DNA of 64,000 nt from an uncultured Lachnospiraceae bacterium (GCA_934351835.1 CAKRJP010000007.1:1268-65267), one strand, 5' to 3'; numbered from the stretch's first letter, positions 28,444 through 37,216 are shown. Notes: generated by a model from the sequence alone, not told the origin. Numbers and translations are program-made.

Positions 28444-29076
28444 ATGGATAGAATTATCACATATTTTCAAACAAACTGGCAGGAATATTTAGGGCTGTTA
28501 GGACAGCATCTGGAGATCACGCTGATTGTAGTTGTGATAGCAATTGTGATAGCCGTTCCGCTTGGGATTATCTGTTCGAAATACAGAGGTTTTCAGGCAG
28601 GATGTGAAAGATTCTTCGGATTTTTGAGAGTTGTCCCCAGCCTGGCGGTATTGATCGCATGTATCCCCATCGTGGGAACAGGAGTCCTGCCGGCGGTGAT
28701 CGCGCTTGCCATATTGGCAATACCACCGATTTTATTGAACACGGCACAGGCATTTATCAATTTGCCGGAGCAGACCATAGAGGCAGCCATCGGCATGGGA
28801 ATGAGCGAACGATGTTGTTTCTTTAAAATAAAGATGCCATTGGCATTTCCATTAATATTTACGGGAATCCGTACAGCAGTAGTTGAAGTGATCGCCAGTG
28901 CGACGCTTGCAGCGTATATAGGAGCCGGAGGGCTTGGAAGTATTATTTTTACAGGTCTTGGACTGATGAGAACAGACCTTTTGATTATCGGAGGAGGATC
29001 AGTAGCAATCCTGTCATTGTTTACCGGATGGCTGCTGGATAGTTATTACAAGAGAAAGACGAGGTATTTGGGATGA
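28444..29076 (+). CDS. ABC transporter permease (OpuC/osmoprotectant-type)
   Basis: Start at ATG 28444 (MDRIITYF) after aagggag. It belongs to the binding-protein-dependent permease family. Confidence 0.85.
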   Translation: MDRIITYFQTNWQEYLGLLGQHLEITLIVVVIAIVIAVPLGIICSKYRGFQAGCERFFGFLRVVPSLAVLIACIPIVGTGVLPAVIALAILAIPPILLNTAQAFINLPEQTIEAAIGMGMSERCCFFKIKMPLAFPLIFTGIRTAVVEVIASATLAAYIGAGGLGSIIFTGLGLMRTDLLIIGGGSVAILSLFTGWLLDSYYKRKTRYLG

Positions 29077-29975
29077 GAAGAGCAGAACAGTTTAAAAAGG
29101 TATTTACAGCAGGAACAGTTGTGGCACTGGCAGCAGCACTTACCGTAGGATGCGGAAGTAAAAGCGCCAGTAGCGATAAAGTAGTGATCGGTTCTAAAAA
29201 CTTTACAGAAAATGAGATCGTAGCAGAGGTTTATGCATTGGCTTTAGCGGATGCGGGAATCGATGTAGAGAGAAAATTTGACATCAGTTCATCAGTTGTA
29301 CATACAGCAATCACAAGTGATGAGATTGATCTTTATCCGGAATATACTGGTACAGGGCTGATCGCAGTACTGGAGGAAGATCCGATCACCGATGCGCAGG
29401 AAGTATATGACGAAGTTAAGAAACAGTATGAAGATAAATTTCAGATCACATGGCTGGATTATTCCCCGGCAAATGACGGACAGGGACTTGTCATCCGTAC
29501 AGCAGCCGCGGAGAAATATGGTATTTCTACTATTTCTGATCTGCAGAAACATGCAACAGAACTTAGATTTGCATCTCAGGGAGAATTTGATGAGAGAGCA
29601 GATGGTATTCCGGCACTGGAAGCAACTTACGGACCATTTGACTGGAAGTCATCTACTGTATATGACAACTCTCTGAAATATCAGATTCTGGAAGAGGATA
29701 AAGGGGATGTTATCCCGGCATCTACTACAGAAGGTAACCTTGTGGATGACCAGTTTACATTACTTGAAGACGACAAACATGTGTGGCCTCCGTACAACCT
29801 TGCACCAATCGTTCGCGATGAAGTATTAGAAGCACATCCGGAGATTGCAGACACTTTGAACAAGATCAGTGCAAAAATCACTACAGAGGAGATTACAAAG
29901 CTGAATGCAAAGGTAGATGTGGACAAGGAGAGTTATAAAGATGTTGCAAAAGAATTCTACGACAGTATCAAATAA
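29073..29975 (+). CDS. Glycine-betaine/choline-type ABC substrate-binding lipoprotein
   Basis: Lipobox LTVGC. The block GSKNFTENEIVAEVYALAL...YPEYTGTG is typical of OpuBC/OpuCC-type binding proteins. Confidence 0.85.
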   Translation: MRRAEQFKKVFTAGTVVALAAALTVGCGSKSASSDKVVIGSKNFTENEIVAEVYALALADAGIDVERKFDISSSVVHTAITSDEIDLYPEYTGTGLIAVLEEDPITDAQEVYDEVKKQYEDKFQITWLDYSPANDGQGLVIRTAAAEKYGISTISDLQKHATELRFASQGEFDERADGIPALEATYGPFDWKSSTVYDNSLKYQILEEDKGDVIPASTTEGNLVDDQFTLLEDDKHVWPPYNLAPIVRDEVLEAHPEIADTLNKISAKITTEEITKLNAKVDVDKESYKDVAKEFYDSIK

Positions 29976-30753
29976 GAAAACAGAAGCACTTCGATTTGAA
30001 CATGTGAATAAGCAGTTTGCAAATGCAAGCTACAAGGCGTTGGATGATATTACATTATCTATCGATGAAGGCGAGTTTGTTACGATTCTCGGAACTTCAG
30101 GATGTGGAAAGACGACACTGGTAAAAACTGTTAACCGTTTATATGAGCCGGACAGTGGGGAAATCCTGCTGTTTGGCAAAAACATTAAAGACAGCGATCC
30201 GATCCAGCTCAGGAGAAGCATCGGATATGTAATCCAGCAGGCAGGATTATTTCCGCATATGACGGTCTATGAAAATGTAGCTGTGATCCCACACATTTTA
30301 AAATGGGATAAGAAAAAGACCGATGAAAAAGTAAAAGAAATGCTCCATCTGGTAGGTCTAAAACCGGAAGAGTTTGAAAAACGTTATCCGGCACAGTTGT
30401 CCGGTGGGCAGCAGCAGAGAGTAGGTCTGGCGAGAGCACTTATCACAGATCCGAATGTTATGCTGTTTGATGAGCCTTTTGGTGCCATTGATGCGATTAA
30501 TCGAGAAAAATTGCAGGATGAGTTAAAGAAAATTCACAGTCAGTCAGCAAAGACATATCTGTTTGTAACCCATGATATCAGGGAAGCATTTAAACTTGGA
30601 ACGAAAATTATCATTATGAATAAAGGAAAAATTATTCAGTATGGAACTCCGGATGAGATTAAACGGAATCCAAAAGATGATTTTGTAATCGAACTATTGA
30701 AGACGACAGGAGATAATTCCTTTATTATGACGGGAGAGGGAGAAGGTATTTAA
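29941..30753 (+). CDS. ABC transporter ATP-binding protein
   Basis: Walker A is GTSGCGKTT, the signature is LSGGQQQRV and Walker B is MLFDEP. There is no CBS tail. The start is either ATG 29941 or ATG 29917; both overlap the upstream gene. Confidence 0.85.
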   Translation: MLQKNSTTVSNKKTEALRFEHVNKQFANASYKALDDITLSIDEGEFVTILGTSGCGKTTLVKTVNRLYEPDSGEILLFGKNIKDSDPIQLRRSIGYVIQQAGLFPHMTVYENVAVIPHILKWDKKKTDEKVKEMLHLVGLKPEEFEKRYPAQLSGGQQQRVGLARALITDPNVMLFDEPFGAIDAINREKLQDELKKIHSQSAKTYLFVTHDIREAFKLGTKIIIMNKGKIIQYGTPDEIKRNPKDDFVIELLKTTGDNSFIMTGEGEGI

Positions 30754-31364
30754 TGGAATATTTAGAAGCATTTGAACAGCATCTGATGCTGGTGATTGTA
30801 TCGTTGGCAATTTCATTTGTGCTGGCAATTGCGATATCTTATATCCTTTTAAAGTTGCCGAGAGCACAGCGGATTGTGGAAAACTTGTTTGGTGCGATTT
30901 ATTCGGTTCCGAGTCTGGCACTTTTTGCATTGATGATCCCAGTTACGGGACTTGGAGATGAAACTGCGATCATTGCACTGGTTATTTACAATCAGTATCT
31001 TTTGATTCGAAATATTCTGGCAGGGATTAATGGGATTGACAAGAGTATTTTGGAAGCCGGTACAGGAATGGGCATGAGTCAGGGACAGATTTTTTCCAAA
31101 GTGATCCTTCCGCTGGCGGCACCATCGATTATTGCGGGAGTAAGACTTGCGGTGGTATCCACGACGGGAATTGCAACAATTGCAGCAAGCATTAACGCAG
31201 GTGGTCTGGGAATCGTATTATTTTCGGGTATGCGTACAATGGATTCGCAGAAAATATTTATCGGAACATTGCTTTGCATCGTCATCGCGCTTGTTGCCGA
31301 TATCGGAATAAAATGTATCGAAAATAAAATTGATTGGAGAGTAAGGGGTAAAAATGAGTTATAA
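30753..31364 (+). CDS. ABC transporter permease (second OpuC-type permease)
   Basis: 203-aa paralogue of the 28444 gene. Its start abuts the ATPase stop. Confidence 0.85.
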   Translation: MEYLEAFEQHLMLVIVSLAISFVLAIAISYILLKLPRAQRIVENLFGAIYSVPSLALFALMIPVTGLGDETAIIALVIYNQYLLIRNILAGINGIDKSILEAGTGMGMSQGQIFSKVILPLAAPSIIAGVRLAVVSTTGIATIAASINAGGLGIVLFSGMRTMDSQKIFIGTLLCIVIALVADIGIKCIENKIDWRVRGKNEL

Positions 31365-32658
31365 GGCGTATGACAACAAAGAATTAGGATTTACAACAAG
31401 ACAGCTTCACGCCGGTTACAATCCGGCGGATCATTATCGTTCAAAGGCTGTTCCGATCTATCAGACAGCAGTATTCGAACTGGGAGATTATGAGAGATGT
31501 CTGAGATTATTTGAGTATGCGGAAGAGGGACATTCTTATGTAAGATTTTCCAATCCGACAAATGATGTGCTGGAGAAGAGACTGGCTTCCCTGGAAGGCG
31601 GAGCGGCAGCAGTTTCTTTTGGTTCGGGAATGGCGGCTATCTCAAGCACACTTTTGAACCTGGCTCACGAAGGCGATGAGATCGTTGCTGTACAGACACT
31701 GTACGGTGGAAGTACAACATTGCTTGCAAAGACATTACCGGATTATGGCATCACAGGAAAATTTGTGGAGGATGAGACCGATATTGAGTCTTACCGTAAA
31801 CTGATCACAGACAAGACAAAGGCAATTTATCTTGAGTGTATCGGAAATCCAAAGATTAATATCATTGATGTGGACAAGGTCACAGAGCTTGCTCATGAGT
31901 ATGGAATCCCGGTAGTTATGGATAACACGTTTGCTACACCATATCTGTTCCGGCCGTTTGAGCACGGCGTGGATATTGTATGCTATTCAGCGACAAAATA
32001 TCTGGCAGGCCACGGCGTAGTTATTGCCGGAATGGCAGTGGAAAAGGGCGGATTTAACTGGTTAAACGGAAGATTTCCAGAGTTTGAGACATTCTACGAG
32101 GCCAATAAGAAAGACATCGGAGAAGATGTACTGAAAGAGGTAATGTTTACAAAACGTCTGAGAATGCGTTATCTGACAGACCTCGGCGGACACATGAGTC
32201 CTCAGACAGCATTCTATGTACTGCAGGGAATGGAGACGCTTTCTCTTCGTATGGACCGTCATGTACAGAATGCGCAGAAACTGGCAGAGTTTTTGGAGCA
32301 GCATCCGGCAATCAAGGAAGTATCATACCCGGGATTGAAGTCAAGCCCATACTATGACCTTGCCAGGAAATATTTCCCGAAAGGACCGGGAGCAATGATG
32401 GCAATCCGCGTCAAAGGCGGATTAAAAGGCGCACTGCAGGTACTTAAGAAAGTAGAAGTATTTGATTATATGGTAAATGTAGGAGATGCAAAATCACTGA
32501 TCGTACATCCGGCGTCATCCACTCATTTCGGACATTCCGTGGAAGAGCAGGCAAAAGCAGGCGTGTACGAAGATACCCTCCGATTATCCATTGGAATTGA
32601 GGATATTGATGACCTGATTGCAGACCTGGATCAGGCATTGGAAGGAATAACAGATTAA
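31354..32658 (+). CDS. metY: O-acetylhomoserine sulfhydrylase (aminocarboxypropyltransferase)
   Basis: 434-aa PLP enzyme with SATKYLAGHG and the MetY-type N-terminus TRQLHAGY. It overlaps the permease gene by 11 nt. Confidence 0.9.
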   Translation: MSYKAYDNKELGFTTRQLHAGYNPADHYRSKAVPIYQTAVFELGDYERCLRLFEYAEEGHSYVRFSNPTNDVLEKRLASLEGGAAAVSFGSGMAAISSTLLNLAHEGDEIVAVQTLYGGSTTLLAKTLPDYGITGKFVEDETDIESYRKLITDKTKAIYLECIGNPKINIIDVDKVTELAHEYGIPVVMDNTFATPYLFRPFEHGVDIVCYSATKYLAGHGVVIAGMAVEKGGFNWLNGRFPEFETFYEANKKDIGEDVLKEVMFTKRLRMRYLTDLGGHMSPQTAFYVLQGMETLSLRMDRHVQNAQKLAEFLEQHPAIKEVSYPGLKSSPYYDLARKYFPKGPGAMMAIRVKGGLKGALQVLKKVEVFDYMVNVGDAKSLIVHPASSTHFGHSVEEQAKAGVYEDTLRLSIGIEDIDDLIADLDQALEGITD

Positions 32659-32696
32659 GTTTGTATAGATTTGTGTGTTTTATTTGTAAAAGAATG

Positions 32697-32730
32697 ACGG
32701 CAGACCGGGAAACCGGGCTGCCGTTGTTCT
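32697..32730 (+). terminator. Terminator-like GC hairpin after metY
   Basis: Arms acggcagaccgg and ccgggctgccgt are followed by tgttctt. Confidence 0.5.
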
Positions 32731-32750
32731 TATGATGTTTGAGATAGAGA

Positions 32751-33126
32751 TTATACGATACCAAATTCTGCAAATAATTTTTTCTGATAAGTGCTATCTT
32801 TTGCAGCTTTGATAATATCATCAAAACGGCCAACTTCAGAAAGCTTAATATTTAAGGTGTTTACTTGTTGTTCACCAATTTGTTCTCTTTCATTTAATTC
32901 ATCTTTCATAAGTTCTAATAATGCGTTACACATATGTTTTACCTCTTCGAAATTTTCTTTGTTTGCATTTACAATGATTTCCATTACTGCCTGATATAGA
33001 GTATTCTTCTTCAAAGGTCAGCTTATCAGCTTCGTCTTGTAGTTCGATCTGCATCCCTGCATAAAACGCCGGATGCCAGTGAAGTAGCTGGTTATTTTCA
33101 GTACCAGGTGCTTCTGATCTTTCCAT
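32751..33126 (-). pseudogene. Remnant of an Rpn/YhgA-like (PD-(D/E)XK putative transposase) gene, frameshifted and internally deleted
   Basis: Two overlapping ORFs lie in different frames. The N-terminal piece is HWHPAFYAGMQIELQDEADKLTFEEEY. The C-terminal piece is ...NFEEVKHMCNALLELMKDEL.... Together they resemble the two ends of the roughly 300-aa family, with the nuclease core missing. Confidence 0.45.
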
Positions 33127-33410
33127 ACGAGACCTCCTTATTTGGTTGTGTCAGGAGTCCTCACTTTTCGAAAACTCCTGCTGTTAAATGTGATTTTAAA
33201 GCATGAATTTTCTGAAAAGGCAAGTCTTTTGAACTTGCATATGAAATCTCGGTTAGATAATCAGATATATAAGAAAATATGCTTTTTCTTATGATAACAC
33301 AGGTAAGAAGGAGAGGCAAGAAGATATTGGACAGTCGCTCCGGAACTACGCCATGCCCATTCATAGACCTGCGGTCTATTTCATGTACGGCTACCGCCGT
33401 ATAAAATAGC

Positions 33411-33455
33411 AAAAATAAACGCCCTTACAAGTAAACTTGCAGGGCGTTATTTTTA
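33411..33455. terminator. Terminator hairpin downstream of the rubrerythrin gene
   Basis: Arms aacgccct (33418-33425) and agggcgtt (33441-33448) are flanked by an A-run and a T-run. Confidence 0.65.
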
Positions 33456-33476
33456 CCATTTTGCATGGCTTGTTGC

Positions 33477-34019
33477 TTATCCAAAGTATCTCTTTAATAA
33501 TCCTTCGAAGGCTTTTCCGTGACGTGCTTCGTCTCTTGCCATCTCGTGTACTGTGTCATGGATTGCATCTAAGTTTGCTGCTTTTGCTCTCTTTGCGAGA
33601 TCGAATTTTCCTTCTGTTGCGCCGTGCTCCGCATCTACACGCATCTCAAGGTTTTTCTTTGTGCTGTCTGTTACTACTTCTCCGAGTAACTCAGCGAATT
33701 TTGCTGCATGCTCAGCCTCTTCGTAAGCTGCTTTTTCCCAGTAGAGCCCGATCTCAGGGTATCCTTCTCTGTGTGCAACTCTTGCCATTGCAAGATACAT
33801 TCCTACTTCTGAACACTCTCCTTCAAAGTTTGCTCTTAAATCTGCAAGGATGTCTTCGCTAACGCCCTGTGCTACGCCTACTACGTGCTCAGCAGCCCAG
33901 GTTTTCTCGCCTTCAACCTTTTTGAATTTCTCTGGTCCTACATGACAGACTGGACATTCAGCCGGTGCAGAGTCTCCTTCGTGAACATAACCACATACTG
34001 TACATACAAATTTTGCCAT
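33477..34019 (-). CDS. rbr: Reverse rubrerythrin (N-terminal rubredoxin-like domain plus ferritin-like diiron domain)
   Basis: The N-terminus is [15 protein letters not shown]...CPVC. It is followed by two EGE...EEAEH-type diiron helices. Confidence 0.9.
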   Translation of the reverse strand: MAKFVCTVCGYVHEGDSAPAECPVCHVGPEKFKKVEGEKTWAAEHVVGVAQGVSEDILADLRANFEGECSEVGMYLAMARVAHREGYPEIGLYWEKAAYEEAEHAAKFAELLGEVVTDSTKKNLEMRVDAEHGATEGKFDLAKRAKAANLDAIHDTVHEMARDEARHGKAFEGLLKRYFG

Positions 34020-34062
34020 AATAATGATCTCCTTTTCTTTTTAAGTTTTGAATTTATATTAT

Positions 34063-34089
34063 TAATATTAGTAACTATTACTGATATTA
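34063..34089. promoter_or_regulatory. Fur/PerR-box-like AT-rich inverted repeat upstream of rubrerythrin
   Basis: TAATATTAGTAAC / TATTACTGATATTA matches its own reverse complement at 11 of 13 positions. It lies between the perR stop and the rbr start. Confidence 0.4.
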
Positions 34090-34132
34090 AAATAGCATAT
34101 ATATTTGGAAATGTCAATGCTATTTTTTATTT

Positions 34133-34540
34133 TTAAGAGTTTGTCTTCGGGTTCTTTTTACACGCATCGCACGTACCGTAAAACAGTGTTGTGTGTGCAT
34201 CTATCGTGCCGTTAAAATGAGCATCTGCCAGTGCATTGATCTCGTCTATCTGGGTCTGTTCTAACTGCAAGTCGTAAATCTTCCCGCAAGTGGTGCAGAT
34301 CACATGGTAGTGTGGAGTGGTATCTCCGTCAAAGTGTGCACCGCCATCGGGGGTTGAGATCTTGAGGGCCTCTCCTGTATCAGCGAGTAAGTTTAAATTG
34401 CGATATACGGTTCCAAGGCTGATGTTAGGAAATTCTTCTTTTACATGAAGATATACACTATCGGCAGTCGGATGGGATTTTGTGCTGCTAAGATATTCTT
34501 TAATAGCTTCTCTCTGTCTGCTGTATTTTAGTGTTGCCAA
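34133..34540 (-). CDS. perR: Fur family peroxide-responsive repressor
   Basis: 135 aa with HPTADSVY...GTVYRNL (winged helix), HYHVICTTCGK and CDACK (structural Zn). It sits adjacent to rubrerythrin. Confidence 0.8.
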   Translation of the reverse strand: MATLKYSRQREAIKEYLSSTKSHPTADSVYLHVKEEFPNISLGTVYRNLNLLADTGEALKISTPDGGAHFDGDTTPHYHVICTTCGKIYDLQLEQTQIDEINALADAHFNGTIDAHTTLFYGTCDACKKNPKTNS

Positions 34541-34620
34541 GTTGCGCCTCCTTTATTAATTTGTAATAATAATAACAATTACTATAATTAATATAAACGA
34601 AAAGAATGGTTTTGTCAATA

Positions 34621-35133
34621 TTATTTTGTATTTAATTTTTTATAGAATATACATCGTGGCCATCCACCATATTTTATCTTTTCGTTGATTTTTTTATAAT
34701 GAAGTTTTAAAAATGTATTTACACTGGGGGCATTGTCTGGATGGGCGGTACCAAGCAAATGGTAGAAGTTCTGCTCCTGTAAAATGTGTTCGGCTTTCTG
34801 CATCAGCTGATACTGCAATCCTTGCCCGCGCCATGCCTGGCGTACCATGGCGACTTCCATATGTGCAACTTGATTCAATTCTTCTTCGGAAAGCTTCAGT
34901 TCTTGTCCGAGGTTTTCGCTTCCAAGATTATTTGTCCGTGCAATGAAAATACCGGCAAGTATGCCGTCGCTTTCTGCTTTTAGTGCAAAACCTTCTTTTA
35001 TAATATAGGTAGCAAGATTTTCATCGGTGTCTTTGCTGAACCAGGTTTTATCAGGAAGTTCATCATAAACTTCTGTTACAAGTTCCAAAATGTTATCAAT
35101 ATCTTTTTCGTTTGCAATTGTAATTTCTATCAT
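34621..35133 (-). CDS. GNAT family N-acetyltransferase
   Basis: 170 aa with the acetyl-CoA motif VRQAWRGQGLQYQLM. Confidence 0.8.
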   Translation of the reverse strand: MIEITIANEKDIDNILELVTEVYDELPDKTWFSKDTDENLATYIIKEGFALKAESDGILAGIFIARTNNLGSENLGQELKLSEEELNQVAHMEVAMVRQAWRGQGLQYQLMQKAEHILQEQNFYHLLGTAHPDNAPSVNTFLKLHYKKINEKIKYGGWPRCIFYKKLNTK

Positions 35134-35218
35134 ATTATTGTCCTCTTTTTTATATGTAGTAATTTCAATATATCAAATACTTGAGTACTTTGCAAAGATT
35201 CGCCGGATTTCTGCAAAA

Positions 35219-35235
35219 TGTAACATTTCTGTAAC
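35219..35235 (+). promoter_or_regulatory. WalR-type direct repeat TGTAAC-N5-TGTAAC (upstream box)
   Basis: tgtaac at 35219-35224, spacer atttc, tgtaac at 35230-35235. This matches the WalR consensus TGTWAH-N5-TGTWAH exactly. Confidence 0.55.
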
Positions 35236-35309
35236 AAACAAAACCGGTAAAATGTATAATTCTGTTATTATAACACATAATATGGCGAGCGAATCTAAGG
35301 ATGGTTTGC

Positions 35310-35337
35310 TTGACAAAGTAATAGAAGGTGGTATAAT
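35310..35337 (+). promoter_or_regulatory. sigma-A promoter (TTGACA-16-TGgTATAAT)
   Basis: ttgaca at 35310-35315 and tataat at 35332-35337, preceded by tgg (extended -10). Confidence 0.65.
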
Positions 35338-35351
35338 AACACTGTAACATA

Positions 35352-35368
35352 TGTAACAATTCTGTAAC
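35352..35368 (+). promoter_or_regulatory. WalR-type direct repeat TGTAAC-N5-TGTAAC (downstream box)
   Basis: tgtaac at 35352-35357, spacer aattc, tgtaac at 35363-35368. A third tgtaac is at 35343-35348. The box lies just downstream of the predicted -10. Confidence 0.55.
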
Positions 35369-35405
35369 ATTTACTAAAGATAAGAAAGCATATAGGAGGG
35401 AGTTT

Positions 35406-36308
35406 ATGAATTCTATTTTTAGGAAAGGATTGTTCCTGGTTACTGTTTCCGGATTTATGACAGCTCTTCCGGTGACTGCACAGGCAGCGGAGGGAACGAC
35501 TGATACAGTGGCACCGAAGGTTGGTATAGAGAAGATGCTGAATAATCTGAAACTAGAAGAACAAGATGATATACAGGTATCAGCGTATCTGGTACCGGAA
35601 GAAAAGGGTGAGTATTTAGATATGGCGTTCGCTGATGTGGATTCATTTTTATATGTAAGAAGTGAACCATCAACGGACAGTGAATGGGTAGGTAAGTTAT
35701 ATCCCGGCTATGCCGCAAAGATTGACGGACCTGTAGGAGAATGGACGAAGGTAGAATCAGGGCCTGTATCCGGATATGTTTATTCTGAGTATATTCTGGT
35801 AGGAACTCAGGCAGAGTCGAAAGCACAGGAATTGATGAATGCTTCGGACTCGAAGGATCCGGATCAGGTATTTTCCTATGCAGAACCGAGAGCGGAAGAA
35901 CCGGCGCAGGAAAGTACCGTTGCGGAACAGAAGACAGAAACTGCGCAGACATCGGCGGGACAAAGTTCGCTGGGACAGCAGGTTGTAGATTATGCATGCC
36001 AGTTTATCGGAAATCCATATGTCTGGGGTGGTACAAGCCTGACGGACGGGGCCGACTGTTCGGGGTTTGTGCAATCCGTATTTTCACATTTTGGAGTCAG
36101 CCTTCCAAGGACGACCTGGGATATGGAGAGCAGTGGAACAGAAGTAAGTTATGACCAGGCAGTTGCAGGTGACATTATCTTATATGATGGTCATGTAGGA
36201 ATTTATATGGGAGATGGCCAGATCGTCAATGCGATTAATGACGAGATGGGAATCGGGATTTTACCTGCCACATTCACTAATATAGTAACTGTACGAAGAT
36301 TATTATAA
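35406..36308 (+). CDS. NlpC/P60 (C40) cell-wall peptidase with SH3 domain
   Basis: The protein has a signal peptide and an SH3-like segment (YVRSEPSTDSEWVGKL...GYVYSEYI). The catalytic block is GTSLTDGADCSGFVQSVF...H. Confidence 0.85.
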   Translation: MNSIFRKGLFLVTVSGFMTALPVTAQAAEGTTDTVAPKVGIEKMLNNLKLEEQDDIQVSAYLVPEEKGEYLDMAFADVDSFLYVRSEPSTDSEWVGKLYPGYAAKIDGPVGEWTKVESGPVSGYVYSEYILVGTQAESKAQELMNASDSKDPDQVFSYAEPRAEEPAQESTVAEQKTETAQTSAGQSSLGQQVVDYACQFIGNPYVWGGTSLTDGADCSGFVQSVFSHFGVSLPRTTWDMESSGTEVSYDQAVAGDIILYDGHVGIYMGDGQIVNAINDEMGIGILPATFTNIVTVRRLL

Positions 36309-36325
36309 ATAAAGAAGAGAGGAAG

Positions 36326-36362
36326 ACCGGAGATATTCTGAAAATGAAATCTCCGGTTTTAT
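36326..36362 (+). terminator. Rho-independent terminator
   Basis: Arms accggagat and atctccggt are followed by ttttattt. Confidence 0.65.
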
Positions 36363-36431
36363 TTACGCGAGCAACGAGCCAAAGTCCGAATCTTTGTACA
36401 AATATAGGATAAATTTATTGTTGTAAAACTC

Positions 36432-36642
36432 TTTGGATAAGTGCGTACACAATTGAAAAATGAAGGTGGAATGGTAGATTGTGAAAAATTTGCAGGCCGA
36501 ATGTGCAATATGTACAAAAATGTAGAAATTTGTAAAAATATGCAAAAGTGGATAAAATAGACTTATCCAAGTTATCCACATCGAAAACCACGAAAAAGGT
36601 GGAAAAATTGATGTTATTTTAAAATTATCCACATTATCCACA
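36432..36642. promoter_or_regulatory. Cluster of six DnaA boxes (three perfect TTATCCACA)
   Basis: Perfect boxes are at 36572-36580, 36625-36633 and 36634-36642. One-mismatch boxes are at 36563-36571 (ttatccaag), at 36547-36555 (agtggataa, reverse orientation) and at 36432-36440 (tttggataa, reverse orientation). Confidence 0.75.
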
Positions 36643-36855
36643 TTGAATGGTGGGAAAATGGGGGATTACTCAAGGGTATAAAAAAGAACGAGTGTTTTGT
36701 GAAGTTATAATAAAAATAGATTTTTGTCGAAAAAAAACGAAAATAATGTTGACATTTAAGTATTCAAATATTGGGAATAAATTTACAGAAAATGTTTACA
36801 CAATGATAAAAACCGATTATAATGGAAACACTGAAAAGAAAAGGAGGTGTCAAGC

Positions 36856-37077
36856 GTGGCACAAATCACAAAAGACATGACATTTGGCGAATTGCTTAAT
36901 AAATATTATGAGAAGTGTCCTGATATTGTCAGAGTCCTTATGGAAGCTGGTATGGGATGCGTTGGTTGTCCTCATTCTCAGATGGAGACTATCGAACAGG
37001 GCGCATTTGGACATGGTGTTGATCCGGAACCATTGGTAGCTCAGATCAATGAATTGCTGAAAGATATCGAGGATTAA
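36856..37077 (+). CDS. DUF1858 (hybrid-cluster-protein-associated redox disulfide) domain protein
   Basis: The sequence is MTFGELLNKY...GMGCVGCPHSQMETIEQGAFGHG. I use GTG 36856, which lies 9 nt after ggagg. An in-frame upstream GTG 36847 is also possible. Confidence 0.7.
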   Translation: MAQITKDMTFGELLNKYYEKCPDIVRVLMEAGMGCVGCPHSQMETIEQGAFGHGVDPEPLVAQINELLKDIED

Positions 37078-37108
37078 TAAGTCTAAGCAGTTTATAATGC
37101 ATATAAAG

Positions 37109-37136
37109 ACAAGACAGCAAATGCTGTCTTGTTTTG
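37109..37136 (+). terminator. Rho-independent terminator
   Basis: Arms acaagacagc and gctgtcttgt flank the loop aaat and are followed by tttg. Confidence 0.7.
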
Positions 37137-37216
37137 CGTTGCAGGGGAAATTTGAGTAAAATAAGAAAAAGGCCCTGTGGACCTTTTTCATGCCATATCT
37201 TCAGATACGGATATTA

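Noticed and set aside
33437-33862. 141-aa plus-strand ORF opposite rubrerythrin
   Set aside because: It is a Leu/Arg-rich shadow ORF of a well-supported gene.
35090-35370. Short ORFs in the GNAT/peptidase intergenic region (35090..35347, 35165..35359, 35173..35370)
   Set aside because: They overlap the predicted promoter and WalR-type repeats. They have no RBS, and the region is better explained as regulatory DNA.
36432-36642. Calling the DnaA-box cluster the chromosomal origin (oriC)
   Set aside because: No dnaA, dnaN or rpmH is adjacent. I cannot evaluate GC skew from one window. It is kept as a DnaA-box cluster of unknown role rather than annotated as oriC.
36363-36880. ORFs 36363..36641 (minus) and 36647..36880 (plus)
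   Set aside because: The first is a translation of the DnaA-box cluster. The second has no RBS and overlaps the promoter and RBS of the DUF1858 gene.
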